From the NCBI GenBank assembly GCA_012295275.1, contig CM022671.1, positions 20,584,001-20,648,000 on the forward strand: a DNA stretch of 64,000 bases, in the 5' to 3' direction. Shown here piece by piece: positions 26,431 through 40,238 of this stretch (position 1 is the stretch's first letter; each line of letters starts with the position of its first letter). The position numbers and the translations under genes were made by a program. The notes under the pieces were generated by a model. The model did no database searches. It was not told the DNA's origin and worked only from the letters and a program-made list of their open reading frames with translations. The stretch is from Chrysomallon squamiferum. Its lineage: Eukaryota; Animalia; Mollusca.

Positions 26431-26995
26431 TACTACAGATATGTTGTACACAAGATTATAAAACACAGGTCAGTAATAAAACTTATTATCAATAAACAAG
26501 TAAGTACAAACCTTGTAATTGTCTATGACAAAGTGAAAATCCATTGTGAAAGGCTGTGAAGTATTTAATTATTTAAACATTGTGGAGTCATTGATTGTAA
26601 ACAGCTTTTTAAACATTTTTTTTATTTATTATTTTTTTTTTGTTTCCAGTTTGGGATTGAAAACATGTAAACAGGATCATGGACAGTATTTGCTAGGGTT
26701 GCTTACTTTATAACGTTTTATTAAAATCTTACACAATAGAGTGTAATAATAATAAATTTATCAATACCCTTAATTTATAAACATCACAATACTTTCTACC
26801 ATGTGTACAACACTACCAGTCTATAATACATACACACATTACACAAAATGGAAAATTTCCAATTTATTTTGGAAGAAACACAAAAGAAATCAACACCCGT
26901 GTTTTATCTGAAACTTGTTGGTCCTGTTAACCATTCCGTTGAGCAGGAGTGAACTTTAGAGACTGCAATTTTAGTTAAAGGTTGACACCTGACAT

Positions 26996-27115
26996 TTACC
27001 AATACATAGAGCTCATCTTCTTAATCTGATGCAGTTGATTTGCATGTAAATTGTCAGATATCCTGCAGTCCATACTGTTGTAACTCTCTGACCTGCTAAA
27101 TTGGGATTTTGCAGA
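26996..27115 (-). CDS. BicD: Putative alternative terminal coding exon of BicD
   Basis: Pyrimidine tract CCTTCATTCTCTCCTCT..TTATAG| followed by a phase-0 open frame SAKSQFSRSESYNSMDCRISDNLHANQLHQIKKMSSMYW*. Confidence 0.35.
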   Translation of the reverse strand, partial: SAKSQFSRSESYNSMDCRISDNLHANQLHQIKKMSSMYW

Positions 27116-28144
27116 CTATAACATTATATAGCCAGAGGAGAGAATGAAGGTTATTAGGACATTATGAATTCCCAATCTATATGAAATCGTAAAAATCATA
27201 ATAATTATGTAGGTGATGTAATTCTTAGATTTTAAAATTAATTGACAATAATAAAAAATATTTCTGTTGTGGTGGTTGTTATATTATTACTGAAAAACAT
27301 TAGATGATAAGTTATTCAAGGATTAACACAAAAAAAATAATACCCCCCTCCAAAAAAAAAAAAAAAAACCCCAACAATTTTAACAGTTAATCAAACCTGA
27401 TCTATTCAGGCTAGTGCCTCAAAGCACAGTAACTATGCAAAAAGAGCTACAAAAAATTCTTCCTTTCACCACACAATTTCTGAATTAAATTTGTGTTTAG
27501 CAATATTTTTGGTTAGGTCTAAAATTACTTTCATAATAATAGTAATAAAATGAATATAACATAAAACACAATTTAAACTCATTCAGCATTTAAAAAAAAA
27601 AAAAAAAAAAAACAGAATAATTGTTTTGTTACATCCATGAGTAAATCAGCAGTGTAATCCACATCAACTTGAAAATGTTTTACAACAGCAATTGTTAAAA
27701 TAAAAGGGCGATTTCATTAAACCATTAAAAGTTTAAATTATATTTTCATTCTTTTATAAGGATGCACAAACATACACACACACTTTATATATGTAGATAT
27801 TGAGAAACTACATAATAAAGGAATAAAGTAAATTAAATATGTTCCAAGTGATTTTTGTAAATAAGCAGATTAATGTGCTTTGACTTTATAAAGAGCATTT
27901 TTATTCATGTTTACACATATACACGCACATAAAATATGAACAGTATAAATAAATATTGGCAATAGATAAGCTATTAAAAGATCCATATGATTATTTCCAA
28001 AGCTTTTGAAAATGTTATTTCCATTTAGCAGTTTCTTTCAACATGTATAAGCACTTAACCTGATTTCCTGCATAATGTTTTCTTTGTTCTTGTTGAAAGA
28101 AATTGATGGGTAAATTAATATATTTCCAAAATGGCTGTTACACA

Positions 28145-28148
<4 letters not shown>

Positions 28149-28202
<54 letters not shown>
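28149..28202. repeat. (CA)n microsatellite
   Basis: Uninterrupted CA run. Confidence 0.95.
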
Positions 28203-28203
<1 letters not shown>

Positions 28204-29891
28204 CAAATATAAATAACATGCTGGAAATAAAAATGAACACTAATCATTATAAACTATATGTTTAGATCTAATTCAAACAATGTTCAAATAAAAAAATAAC
28301 AATTACCTTTGTTTAATCATACATCAAAGATAGTACATGAATTTTTTTTTATAAAAATAAAAAGAACAGCCACAGGACAGCAGGTACAAGAAACAAAGAG
28401 TTATTTTTGTTAGTAGAACAGTCCAGAAGTAGAACAGACAGATAAAATGCATTTGGCAAAAGAATAACTGCCAAAGAAAAGATGAAGATATCTGTAAAGA
28501 TTAAGTTTGGTTGGAATGATGTTCTTTATTTTCAATTTTATTTATATAAATACAGTGTATACATTCAAAAATATTATTGCTGCAATATAGATATAACCAG
28601 AAAGTAAATTCAAAAAAATTAAATAAAAAATAAACAACAACAAAAAAAAAAATCCAATTTCTGCATATAGAAATGAATCAATCAAATCATCCTGCTGCAC
28701 ATACCAATATTAAAATGTCAGTGACCAAAAAAAAAAAAAAAAAAAAAAAAAAATATGAGTCATGAAAAATAATATAAATAGTAATAAACATTAAAACACC
28801 ACCTCTGTCTCCCCTAATCTTGCTTTGAATAATACAACTTCCCTACATGTTCTCTTATCTAAATACTCAACATCAATACAAATACTGTATACTTTCAAAC
28901 ACTTAACATTAAGAAATCACAGAAAAACACCAACAGAAAACACACTTGTAGATTCAAGCCAGCAGTACAAGCAGTTGTATTAGACAATGATCATCACAAA
29001 ACACAGAGTTTTTTCCTCTCAGAAGAGTATGCTGTAAGAATAGGTACATTTTAGATAGAAGTGGCTGGCTGCAGAGCCGATACACTACTTGTTCTATGTT
29101 CTATTTGGCAGGGTGTTATTAGAAGTTTTAGTTTTCCCAGTAATCAAGTGACTGCCATACCTCAGAATGAAAGGGTACTACAGTTTTGTTTTTGACATAA
29201 AATGAAATCAATAAAAAAATAAAAAAAATAAAGTAAAAATAACAAATTAATAAAGATAATAAAGCTATATTAAAAAAAAGGAGAAAGGATTTTGAATTCA
29301 AACATTTTAACCTGAAGTATTAGAAACATTATTTGCTATGCTATTATTGGTTTGTTAGATTTATTATATAGTTGAAACATGAACTCATTTTTCTTATCAT
29401 ATAAGGTTTAATAAATGATGAAAAATACTGATAAAATGTTTTTGTTATAAACAGTTTCATGATACAGATTTTCTTTATGAACAAGATTGAAAAAAAAAAA
29501 AAAAAAAATTTATATATATTCCTTGGTATGGCATGTAACAGCAGTGTTTACAAATTCTTGTTAATGTCAAACATTAATACAAACTCTAGTCTATGTGAAA
29601 ATAAAATATTAAAAAAAAAAAAACCCAGAAATATATATTTTTTTTAAAAGCAAAAAAAAGAAGTAATAATTAAATAAAAAAAGAAATGATTTAAAAAAAA
29701 AGCTAAGTATTAAGAAAATAAGTAATAGTCAAGAACTTGTCAACAATGCTGTTATAATTTTTTTTCAGTTTATATATTTCAAATGATGCTTTACCCAATG
29801 AAATGATACCCACACCCCAAGATGATACTGGTTACATGCTTCATTCTGCTCTGACTTACCCAGTTTAGCAGCCACAACCATCCCTACTGTT

Positions 29892-32668
29892 TTAATAGTC
29901 ACGATCTCGCCTGAAGTTTTGGTAATATCTCCTGCTTTGACCATACTCTTCTGAGGGAGTGTTGTGACTTACTTTGGATGACATTTTGCTACGGCCTGGC
30001 CTCCGTGATGTCATGTTTCTCCGTTCCCTGTCAAATTCTAAATCTTCAAGGCGCTGGGTTAGAGCCAACTTCTGCTGTATTGCCATTCGCAAAAGAGAGT
30101 TAAGCGTTTTCTTTTCTTCCTCTGCTGCAGCCAGCTGGCGCTGCTGTTCATCAAGCTGAGTAACATATTCATCACATCGCTGAGCAAACATTGCACGGAG
30201 TGAGGCAAATGTTGCTGCATCCTCTTTGAGTGCCTTCAGTTCATTTCTAAGTTTCATCATTGTTTCTGTTACAATAACCTTCTCATTCTCATACTTCTGT
30301 TTGAGATTGGCCAGAGCCACCTCGGCAGTTGATTTGTTTGCCTTAAGAACACTTCTCAATGTAGCTATCTGCTCTCTCTTGGTTGAAAGCATTGCCTTTA
30401 GTTTCAGGACCTGTTCTTGCAGCTCCTGAGAATCAACTGACTCATTAGAATTGTTCTGCTTCTGTTTTGAAAGCTCTATCAGGTGGTCCACAGCACGTTT
30501 GAGGTATTTCACCTGGTCACCAATAGTTTCCGACAGTTTATCACAAGATGTAGGATCCCCTTTGGTATCACCATTCACCATGGGAACCTTATCTTTTGAT
30601 TTTTTAGACTTTTTGTCTGTTGTTTTTGATTTGACAGACTCATTCATGGGTTTGATGTCTTCTTCGTGTCCATTCTGAATGACATTCTCCTCACTGTCTC
30701 TGATAACCTTGTCATCTGGTTCTTCACTGCTTTCTTTACTGGAACTTCTTGAAGTGATACCCTTTGCATGTTCTAGCATGACTCGACTGGGTGTTTCATT
30801 TGTGAACTCACATATAAGGTGGTAGAGTTGGGCAAGCTCTTCTGTTACTTTGATCAGTTCATCCTGAGTATTATTCATTCTGCCATGAGCATCACCTGCT
30901 ATCTGGGTCATAACCTTGGTAAAAGGAATAAAAAGACAAACATTTCATTAAAAATGAAAGACATTATTAATACTGATCAGTTTTCTTTTAAAAAAACAAA
31001 TAACTGGACAGTGATTATTTTATTCATTCCAGATAAATTTAAAATTGATAGTTTATATCTGTTACAAAGTTTTAAATGATACAAGAAAGATTCAGCCAAT
31101 TTCACTTAAAATGCAATTAATATATATATAAAAAAAAAAAAAAAAAAAAAGTAAAAAATCAACTTTTCTTGGAACATAACAGTTGAAGTATTTAAACTCA
31201 AAATATTTTTTCAAATCCAACAAAAAATAGACTGAAAGGCTGGAAAAAGATCAATGTTACAGAAGCACATCAAACAACATAAACAATGGATTAAAATCTG
31301 TTTTAAACAAACCTTCAAATCTTTTTCTATATCCTTAATTGCATCCTCATACTGGCGACATTTGAGGCTCAAGTCTTCTAAGGCTTCTTCAACTGCAGGA
31401 TCTCCATGACTCTTGCCTTGAAGTCTGCCAATCTCGGCTTGCAGACTGCTTATCTCTTTCAAAGCAGTCGTGTATTTCTTCTCATTTGCTGAAAGACTCT
31501 TTTTAAGCAGCAGAAGAGCTTTCTTATCTTGATCTATTTCATTCTCTATCTGCTCATCCAACAACGCTTCCTTTCCAGTATCAGACTCCTCCTGATTCAG
31601 CTCTGAATCATTGATGTTGGCTATAGAACTAATATGAGCCTTGAGCTGGTCAGCGCGCAATTTTTGTTCCACCAAATCTTTCTGGGTTTCTTCTATTAAC
31701 TTCTGAGCTTCATCCAGAGCTTTCTGTAGCTCACTCTTTTCTGATTCACTCTGCTCTAAGAGCTGTTCCAGTTTCCTCACTTCTGTCACCTGAATCTCAC
31801 TGAGTAGGTCATTAACTGTGCTGGGCCGAACCTTTGATGGAGAAGCCTGACTGTCATGTTTGGTGAAGTCTGCTTCAATCCTTCTGAGGGCAGGATGATC
31901 ATGAACATCGCCATCCTCCTCAGCACCACTGTCCTGAGATTCCTGGTTGTTGCCAATGTTCAGTCCATCACTCAAACCACTGAAATGAGCCAGGTTACTT
32001 AGGTTAAACATAGATTCCTGGGTCAGTCTCTGATCTAGCTCTTTTTTCAAGGCATGTTTTTGTTCTCGCTCTTGCTGCAGGGCATATATTGTGTCTTCAA
32101 GTGTCTTTTCTGTAATTTTCCTGAGATTGACAGACTCCTCATACTGCATGTGCAAGTCCTCAGTTTCTTCCTGCAGTCTTTTCACCTCATGCTTCATAGC
32201 TTCAAACTCAACCTGAGCCTGCTTCAGTTGTGACACCTGCTTCTGAAGAGTAATGTTTTCATCCTCCAGCTCAGCATAATCTGTTAGGTTCCTGTTCTCT
32301 CGTATCTTGTACTCCTTAATCTCATGTTTCAGCTGCTGACGCTGGGCTTCACAGCACTCCAATTTCTGAACCAGCTCAGTGATTTGTTGATTGCAGGTTT
32401 CATTTTCAGACAAGAGTCTGTCAAGTTCTTGTTTAGCTGCTTTCAACTCAGACTCCAGTTCACTGATAGAGGCTCTGTATCCTTCTTCTCTAGACAGAGT
32501 CTCCTGAAGAAATGCTTCTTCATGGTGAATTCCACTTTGGTTTACTTTCTTGTAGGTGATCTGATGTTTGTTCAGGGCCTACAGTGGAAACAAAAATATT
32601 AAAATTACTAATAAATACAATTCATTAAAAATATATTTTTATTAATATTAAAGATTGGACTCTCTCTG

Positions 32669-32708
<40 letters not shown>

Positions 32709-33339
32709 TATATATAATATGCACATGATGATGTAAACACTGTCCATTTCTAAAGTAAGATTTTATTTCTACCATTCTTGAGTCTACCACATTTATTCTA
32801 ATTAACATTAAATAAATCAGGATCATTTTCAATATTGATACAAAGTAAACTATTTGTACAGATATATTCGCATTATTGCAAATAAATATGAAACACCTAG
32901 AAGAATTATTAAATGGAATATACCAGCATTAAAAAGGTAACAGTAAAGTTATTAATGTATCTAATTTAAAACAACGCTTTCCAACAGCTTTTTCATTTTA
33001 TTTGATTTTATACCTAGAACCACCAATCCACTGGGGGGGGGGGGATGCAAAAAAAGATAAGAATGGATAATCACTTTTCTGTAACTGAAATAAAATAATT
33101 AAACTCAAAAAGGTAGGAACTGATCTGTTTACTGTGTTACCAAATAAATTCAAAGACAAAAATAATAAATATTAAGCAACAACCATTGCCACCAAAAAAA
33201 AAAAAAAAAAAAAAATGATTGAAAAAAAATGACCAAGTTATTTCCAACATAATTAGATACTTATTTAAAGCTCATAAATGATGTCATATGCCTATGAAAT
33301 AGCTATCTGCTTTATTTGTAATACCCACAAACACAAACA

Positions 33340-33396
<57 letters not shown>

Positions 33397-35996
33397 TTAT
33401 TTAATCACATTCTGTCTAACCCTCTTATTGTGAGTTAAAAGATTAGTATTTAATCAGTTTATAGTATTAACCATACACATTACAAATTGTGACTTAGAAA
33501 AAGCAGTACTTTATATCTGCTATGACACATAACAGACTTTTTTCATTTTATATATAGACATTTTATTACTGTAAGGTATATTCTGTGTCAATGATCAAGA
33601 GAAACTGACGGCAAAAGAAACGACTGGCTGAACTAAATATACCTAGATTACTCAGTTCACACTGGAGGCTAAGTGCATTTGTTGTTTATTGTGAGTCAGC
33701 AGTACCAACAGTATTATTATAAATATTTTCACTGTTTTTTTCTGCGTGCTAAAATTAGAAACTGCATCAGTGACATTATTAGTCTGTTCATTTTGTCTCA
33801 CAATGAATATATATTGATTATGAGAATAAGCAGCTTGTCTGAGGAGTGTTGATCAATGATCATATAATCACATCTTGTGGCTGAATATCGCTTTTATTTA
33901 CAAGTATGTGAAATATTTGACAGCCAGGGATTAACAATGTTTCTTAATGTTTGGAAATATTTTCATAAAAATAAAACATTTAAATGGTTTTATTATTATT
34001 ATTATTATTATTTTACAAACAAGTTTTGTTTAAAATATCACTTTTGGAGTTCAGCCCATCCAGTTAGTAAACTTTAATTAACATGAATAATGTTCAAGTT
34101 TATAAAAAATTGATATTTGTACATTTTAGTTTACTGCTCAACTGTGCAAAAATATCTTTAAAAATTAAACCATCTTAATTTTATGGTTTTCTTCAGATAT
34201 AAGCACAATGGTGTATAACATGCTAAATTAATAAAGATAAAAAAGTTTTATTTGAAGTAAGAAAGCAAATACAGATATACTAGCAGGTACATGTTAATAA
34301 TATTTATAAGAAAATGTGCGTGTGTTTCTGAGTGTGTGTCAGTGAGTGTGCCTGTGTTTGTCTGTTTGCAAATGTGTATAAGACTAGAGATAACATACTA
34401 TTGTTCAATGGTTAAATACTGGTTTTTATTTCCCACACATACACATAAATATGTATTTGTCAAGCCATTCTTGAGTGATGACTAAGTGATAACAACAATG
34501 ACAAAAGACTTTCAAGTTGTAGTACAACTAGTGTTACTGGTGGACCACATCTCAATGGTCATACAAAATCCTTTAGTGGAAAAAAAGAATGCTAATAATT
34601 TTCTTTCTTTTGTTATTTCAAACACCCATGTTTACCAAGCAAACCAGAGCAGAACTGACACCCACCCATTAATTCACTTATGAAAAAAAAAAAAACAGAA
34701 GAAGAAATATAATCACAACGGTCATTTATGCAGCTGAAGACCAAATTTAAAAAAAAAAAAAAAAAAATTGTTTTAAAAAATAAAACTTTGTTACAGCCAC
34801 ACAAATTATTATTCTTTCTCATTAAGCAGCATGTCATATTACACACTAATCTTTCCAAAAGAGAGGAGAGTACATACCATAAACCTTTAGCATACACATG
34901 ACACAGGCTGCAATATATACCTGGTAAGGTTTGATCCTGTGTCTACTGTATTTTGTTTGACACTCTACAGCCTCTCTCAGTCATGCATTTCCAACACATG
35001 GCTATTAGAAGGTAATTTTATTAAATTAAAAACGTTATTATAATACAAGAATATGTATGTAATTTTCAACAGATAGCTGTTTGAGAAAATAAGAAAGGAA
35101 AAATAAAAATCAGTGGATAATTTAATTACATTACAGGTTAGTTTTTACATTAACTTGCCACTTTATAAACATCTTCAACATGATTAGATTATTTGCAAAC
35201 ACTTTGTTTTCTCTTTAACTGATAAAGGTAAAAGTATAAGCTAAATTAAGTATCTTTTAGTAGCTAAATCAAATTATTATTAAATAAATTTATAATCTAG
35301 CTAAACAATCTAATCTTTAAATATAAATATATTTTTTAATTATCATAAATTTGTTATTACCTATACCAGTCATACAAAAAGATATACTGGGTAAATTATA
35401 ATAATAAAACTATTATAAAAACAAATGACATCATGCTCAGGTGGAAGAGAAACTTTAAAAAAAGAAAAGAAAGAAAAACAACTTTACATTTAACAGTTCA
35501 AGGGATAAAAATATACTAATATTAACATACATTAATATTTAATATTTTGCCTGAGTTTCAGAAACAACAAATTAAAAAAGTCAGAGCCTCCAGCAACAAA
35601 AGCCATGTCATGAAGCTCTGGTTTTCAAACTGAAATCAAGATGTGATTCATGACTAAACAGTTACATACACATGTCTATTTACTAACACAAAGATATGAC
35701 ATCCAGTTCAGCTCAGTTCAGTTATAATTAACCAGGTGTGGCGTTTTTTTCCAGTGCTAACTTGGGCTATGCATCACAATTATCTCAAAGAATGTTTTTA
35801 TTTTCAAACAGAGGTATTATATCATGTATTATTACATGCTAAAAGAAAATTGATTATCTTGTCACATCTCTCTGTTTAGGACATGTTATTGCTGATGTGT
35901 TTTATGATTGTGAATTAAAATATATTCAGTTCGTAAGTTACCACTACTTTCCATTCAAAACAACAAAAGCAATAATAATAATAATAATAATAATAA

Positions 35997-36027
<31 letters not shown>

Positions 36028-36849
36028 AAGAAGAAGAAGAAGAAGAAGACGAAGAAGAAGAGTAATACTAATTTGAACAGACTATATTGAGCTTATAATA
36101 GTAGGTTCATTCTTTGATGAATAGATGATGAAACACCTTTAAACTGACCACTCAGTTAATCTTCTTGACATACTTGTCAATTTGTCAGGACAGGTATTAA
36201 TCAAAAACAAGTACTTCTACTATTTGTATATACATCTATTTATCAATATAAAATTTTCTGGTTAAAAATGGACCAAACAAACTTTTTGTTGTTAACATAT
36301 TTATGTTTTTCATACACATATTTGTTTTAAATGTAAGCAATACTATTTCCAAAATAATTTATTACAGATTTGTTATGGAACAGTTCCACAACAACAGGCA
36401 AATAATTTCAATAAAAAGTTCACAAATTTGTTGTTCTAAGTCAAAACCTTCTATTAATATTATAAAATGCATTTTTCTGTAAATATCATACATTTGTAAG
36501 ATAAACAAGTTGAGTCCAGATGTCTCAGAGATTATGAAACAAGACACTATTCTTAAACAGTCTTAGCTGAAATCTGTGTGTTTCTTATTACTGAATTCAG
36601 TGTAAGATGTTTCCAGCATGCATGGATATTCTCATCCGAGTTGTATGTAATAAGAGTTGATACTTCAGCATATCCTGTGATATAACCATTTGTGAAATAA
36701 TGGTTTGTTTATCCAAGTCATCTAATTAAGTTTACCAAACATGAATAATATAAATTCAAGAATACAGGAACAGATATGATTGTCACATGCAAAAAATGAT
36801 AATAAATAATCATAATAATAAAATAAAATTAAAATTAAAAAACATTATA

Positions 36850-36880
<31 letters not shown>

Positions 36881-39800
36881 TATCAGCAAGTTACACACAC
36901 ATACAGTTAAGTAATTTATATATATAATAAATCAACCGTAGAGATTTGTTGCAGATTTTACTAATCAGTACCAGTTTGATCCACATAATGTAAATATATA
37001 TATAAATGTGTGTCTGTGCACAGACAGTTTAACAAAATACCAATGTTATTAATACCAATTATAAAATATAAAATTTATATGTATATTTATATGCTCTATA
37101 CCATATATATTGTGTATATGTCTCTTTGTGTGTAATGTGCACAGACATACTGTACTAATATCGAATGCTCAATTCAGTGAAACACCAGTAAAGAAACAAA
37201 AAAACAAACCTAATAAAATTTAATGAAATAATAACAATGATTGTTGAATGTTATTTGTGTTTATGTTACACAAGTTACTCATGTTACAGACAAATAATCC
37301 ATTAAAAATTTATCAGATTACTTTCTTGTTTTCAAGTAAATGTAACCCTGATACTAAGTAACTGACACTTGAAATCTTTAGTACTTTTACTGTTTCATCC
37401 TTTTTTATTTAACAAAATAAAAAATAGAAATAAAAAATTCCTTAATAAATTTCAGTTTGAAAGAGATTATTACAAAAGTGCCTAAACAGGTTATTCTAAA
37501 TAGTAAATCAAAAAGTAAAATAGAAAAAAGATTAATGTTTAATATTTTTATAGCAGACTAATTTTTTAAATTGTCAGAAATACCCTTTACAGTAACAACA
37601 ACAGCAAGTATTAAATAAAATAAATACAAGGGTTAATATATGAATATAACTAAACAAAACAATGAGAGAAAGGGAGAGAAAAAAAATGTAAGGAGGCAAG
37701 ATGACCCTATTTTAAGATGATTCCAGTTATCAAAATCATATCAGCTCTTACAAACCACTGTATACATGTATTTTTTTTTTACATCAACAAATATGTATTA
37801 ATTACATCTGAACAGGTAGTTCCTGTCAGATATATTACACCTGTAAGATACATTCTATGACCTGAAATATCTTCTAACAGTTTTTATGTAAATAGGACCA
37901 CCTCCCAGTTTTTCAACAGTCTAAGTTAAAAATGAACAGCACAGTAAAGCATTAAAATGTAAATATGTCCTTTATATATGCAAATAAATATTAATGTTAA
38001 AAGTTTGGTTCATTTGGGAAGAGAGTATCTATGGTGACTTTCATTGCTTATGTTTACACCTGCACATTTTGCTCTTAAAAAAGAAAATGTTACAGATATA
38101 CAAGTAATACAATTTTATCAACAGGCATATTACCAAGAGACAGAACATTTCACAAAGAATTCACTTTATAGCTTGTACTATGCCTGAAACCTAACTTCTG
38201 TATGTCTGAATGATAAAATATTTATGTTGACATACCATCACTGAAGCAAACTATGTATACAAAAGCTGGGTGATTTACACAGCCAAATGTGTCAGTTCAC
38301 CAGTAAATAAATATAGGTGTATGATATGAATACCAGTTTAAACTGTAACTGCTTGAAAGTTTACATATTACACAGATTTGGAAAATAATGAAAAATTAAC
38401 TAACTGACAGAACATATGAAAAAAGTAATAATAAAAATAAATTATAATAATCTGAAAACTAAGAAGTAGCAACATGGATAGATATATAGGCATAAATAAA
38501 TTCCCTCTTTTTTCCTAATTTTTTTTTTTTTTGTAATGTGTGTGTTTTGAGGGTTTTTCATTTATGTTTAACATACACCTACATGTGCATCACTGTACCA
38601 AAAATAACATGCTAATGAGTCACATAATTCACTTCCTTGACTTCAGTGATTTAAATAATTTAAATCACTGGAGAAACATTTGTTATTATTTTATAAATAT
38701 TTTAAATATATTCTTATTTCTGGTTTTTGTTTTGTTTATAGTTTTAGAACCACAACACTGTTTGTACAGGCATGATAGCAGTATTTAAATTCTGCAATAT
38801 ATCAGTTTTGTAAATAATAAGGTTTAAAAAACATTCTTGAAAGATTATTCTAAACAATGATACATATTTTTTCTTTTTCTGAAAACTCAAGCCAAATCAT
38901 GGTAATGCTGTGTTAAAATATGACATTATTTGATAAATGTAGAGTGTATATGTGTGAAAAGTTATTAACAGGGACGTATTTTCACTGGAGCACAAACATG
39001 CAATGATATATATATGCTGATTTGCTGAGATTTACAAATTTTAAATAATAAAATATTATTTATTTATGTCAAGAATTTGGAATTGTGAACAAAATTAAAA
39101 ATAAACATGTATATTAATGTATTTCATTGGACCATGAAAATTATGTTCATAATACATGTTCAGCACTTGAAACTGTAATAAATATTAAAAACATTTTTGA
39201 ATATTTAGAGAAAGGAAACCTTGCATTGTAATTTGATAATTTGTATATGTAATGTGTATGGATAATTCCTTAACAACAGTAACTTGCACAATCATCTTCA
39301 TACTGCACAGTAACACAGTTGAACTTACTTAACCTTTCTTAACATCTTAAAAAGACCAGTGCTTTTTAAACTGGTCAGTGGTTCACCTAAGGGTGAATGA
39401 ATTATCTTGGGTTGAATAAAATTAGAGACAAACCATTATTAAAAAAGAAGAAGAGGAAAAACAGAAATCGAGTTCCTGCTTTGGAGGTGAATGAAATTTA
39501 ATGATAATTACAGAAAAATTACTGACGTGATAGTTTAATAACCTCTCCACTAAATCCACCCATTGAACTGAATGATAATCCCAGAATCTGATGATGATGA
39601 TGATAACAATAAGTTGAATAACCAAAAAAAAAATAATAATAATAATAATAATAAAACAGTTGGCTAAATGTGGACTAAACGTAAATTCTTAAAATTGTAT
39701 TAAAGCGGGAAGCCATAAAGCCTAAACTAAAACTGACCATGTTTATTGTTTAATGGTTACATCAAAGACTTACTCTAACTAAGTCTCTTAGTCTAAGAAA

Positions 39801-40103
39801 AAAATGATTTTCTTTCGTAGCTGTGCACTTTCGGCTTTGATAATCTGATACACTATAATACATATATATCAAAATATTTCAAAATACCTCTTTTGCACAT
39901 TCTAATTCGGCCTTCACATTGTAATAGTACGTTTCTATTTCTTCTAGCTGTTGTTGTACACGTTCCTTTTCTTCCAGAACGGCCAAACCGTATTCTGCAG
40001 CCTGCAATTTCTCGTTCGTCGTTTCAGCAAGTTCATTTTGAAGGCGAATAACCTCTTTCCTGAGGTCTTCCACTGAAGAATCAGGGCTAGCCGGATCAGA
40101 CAT
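29892..40103 (-). CDS. BicD: Protein Bicaudal-D (dynein-dynactin activating adaptor), 834 aa read-through isoform
   Basis: Exons 40103-39888, 32578-31313, 30914-29892; all phase 0 and GT-AG. Contains the CC1 box QAAEYGLAVLEEK, ELEDENITLQKQVSQLKQAQVEFE, and the cargo-binding CC3 KLKAMLSTKREQIATLRSVLKANKSTAEVALANLKQKYENEK..LKEDAATFASLRAMFAQRCDEY..AAEEEKKTLNSLLRMAIQQKLALTQRLEDLE. Confidence 0.96.
35972..36061. repeat. Compound (TAA)n(GAA)n microsatellite
   Basis: TAA run switching to GAA run in BicD intron 1. Confidence 0.9.
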
Positions 40104-40187
40104 TGTGCTGGCCAGAGGGTGGAACACCCTTAAAACGCGAAAATTTTGATAAAAACTGTAATTTCTGTAATGCTCTCATCACCATCC

Positions 40188-40238
40188 GGCCGCCATGTCT
40201 TTTCTAAATTATGCAGCTATGCCAATGTACCACGTGAC
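40188..40238 (-). promoter_or_regulatory. BicD promoter-proximal motifs (YY1-like ACATGGCGGCC; E-box GTCACGTG)
   Basis: CpG-containing patch 85-135 bp upstream of the BicD ATG. Confidence 0.4.

Noticed and set aside
26042-26495. Poly-Thr and poly-Val ORFs
   Set aside because: Both are readings of the (TAG)n array.
29974-32602. + strand ORFs overlapping BicD exons
   Set aside because: Antisense shadows of a coiled-coil CDS with no independent features.
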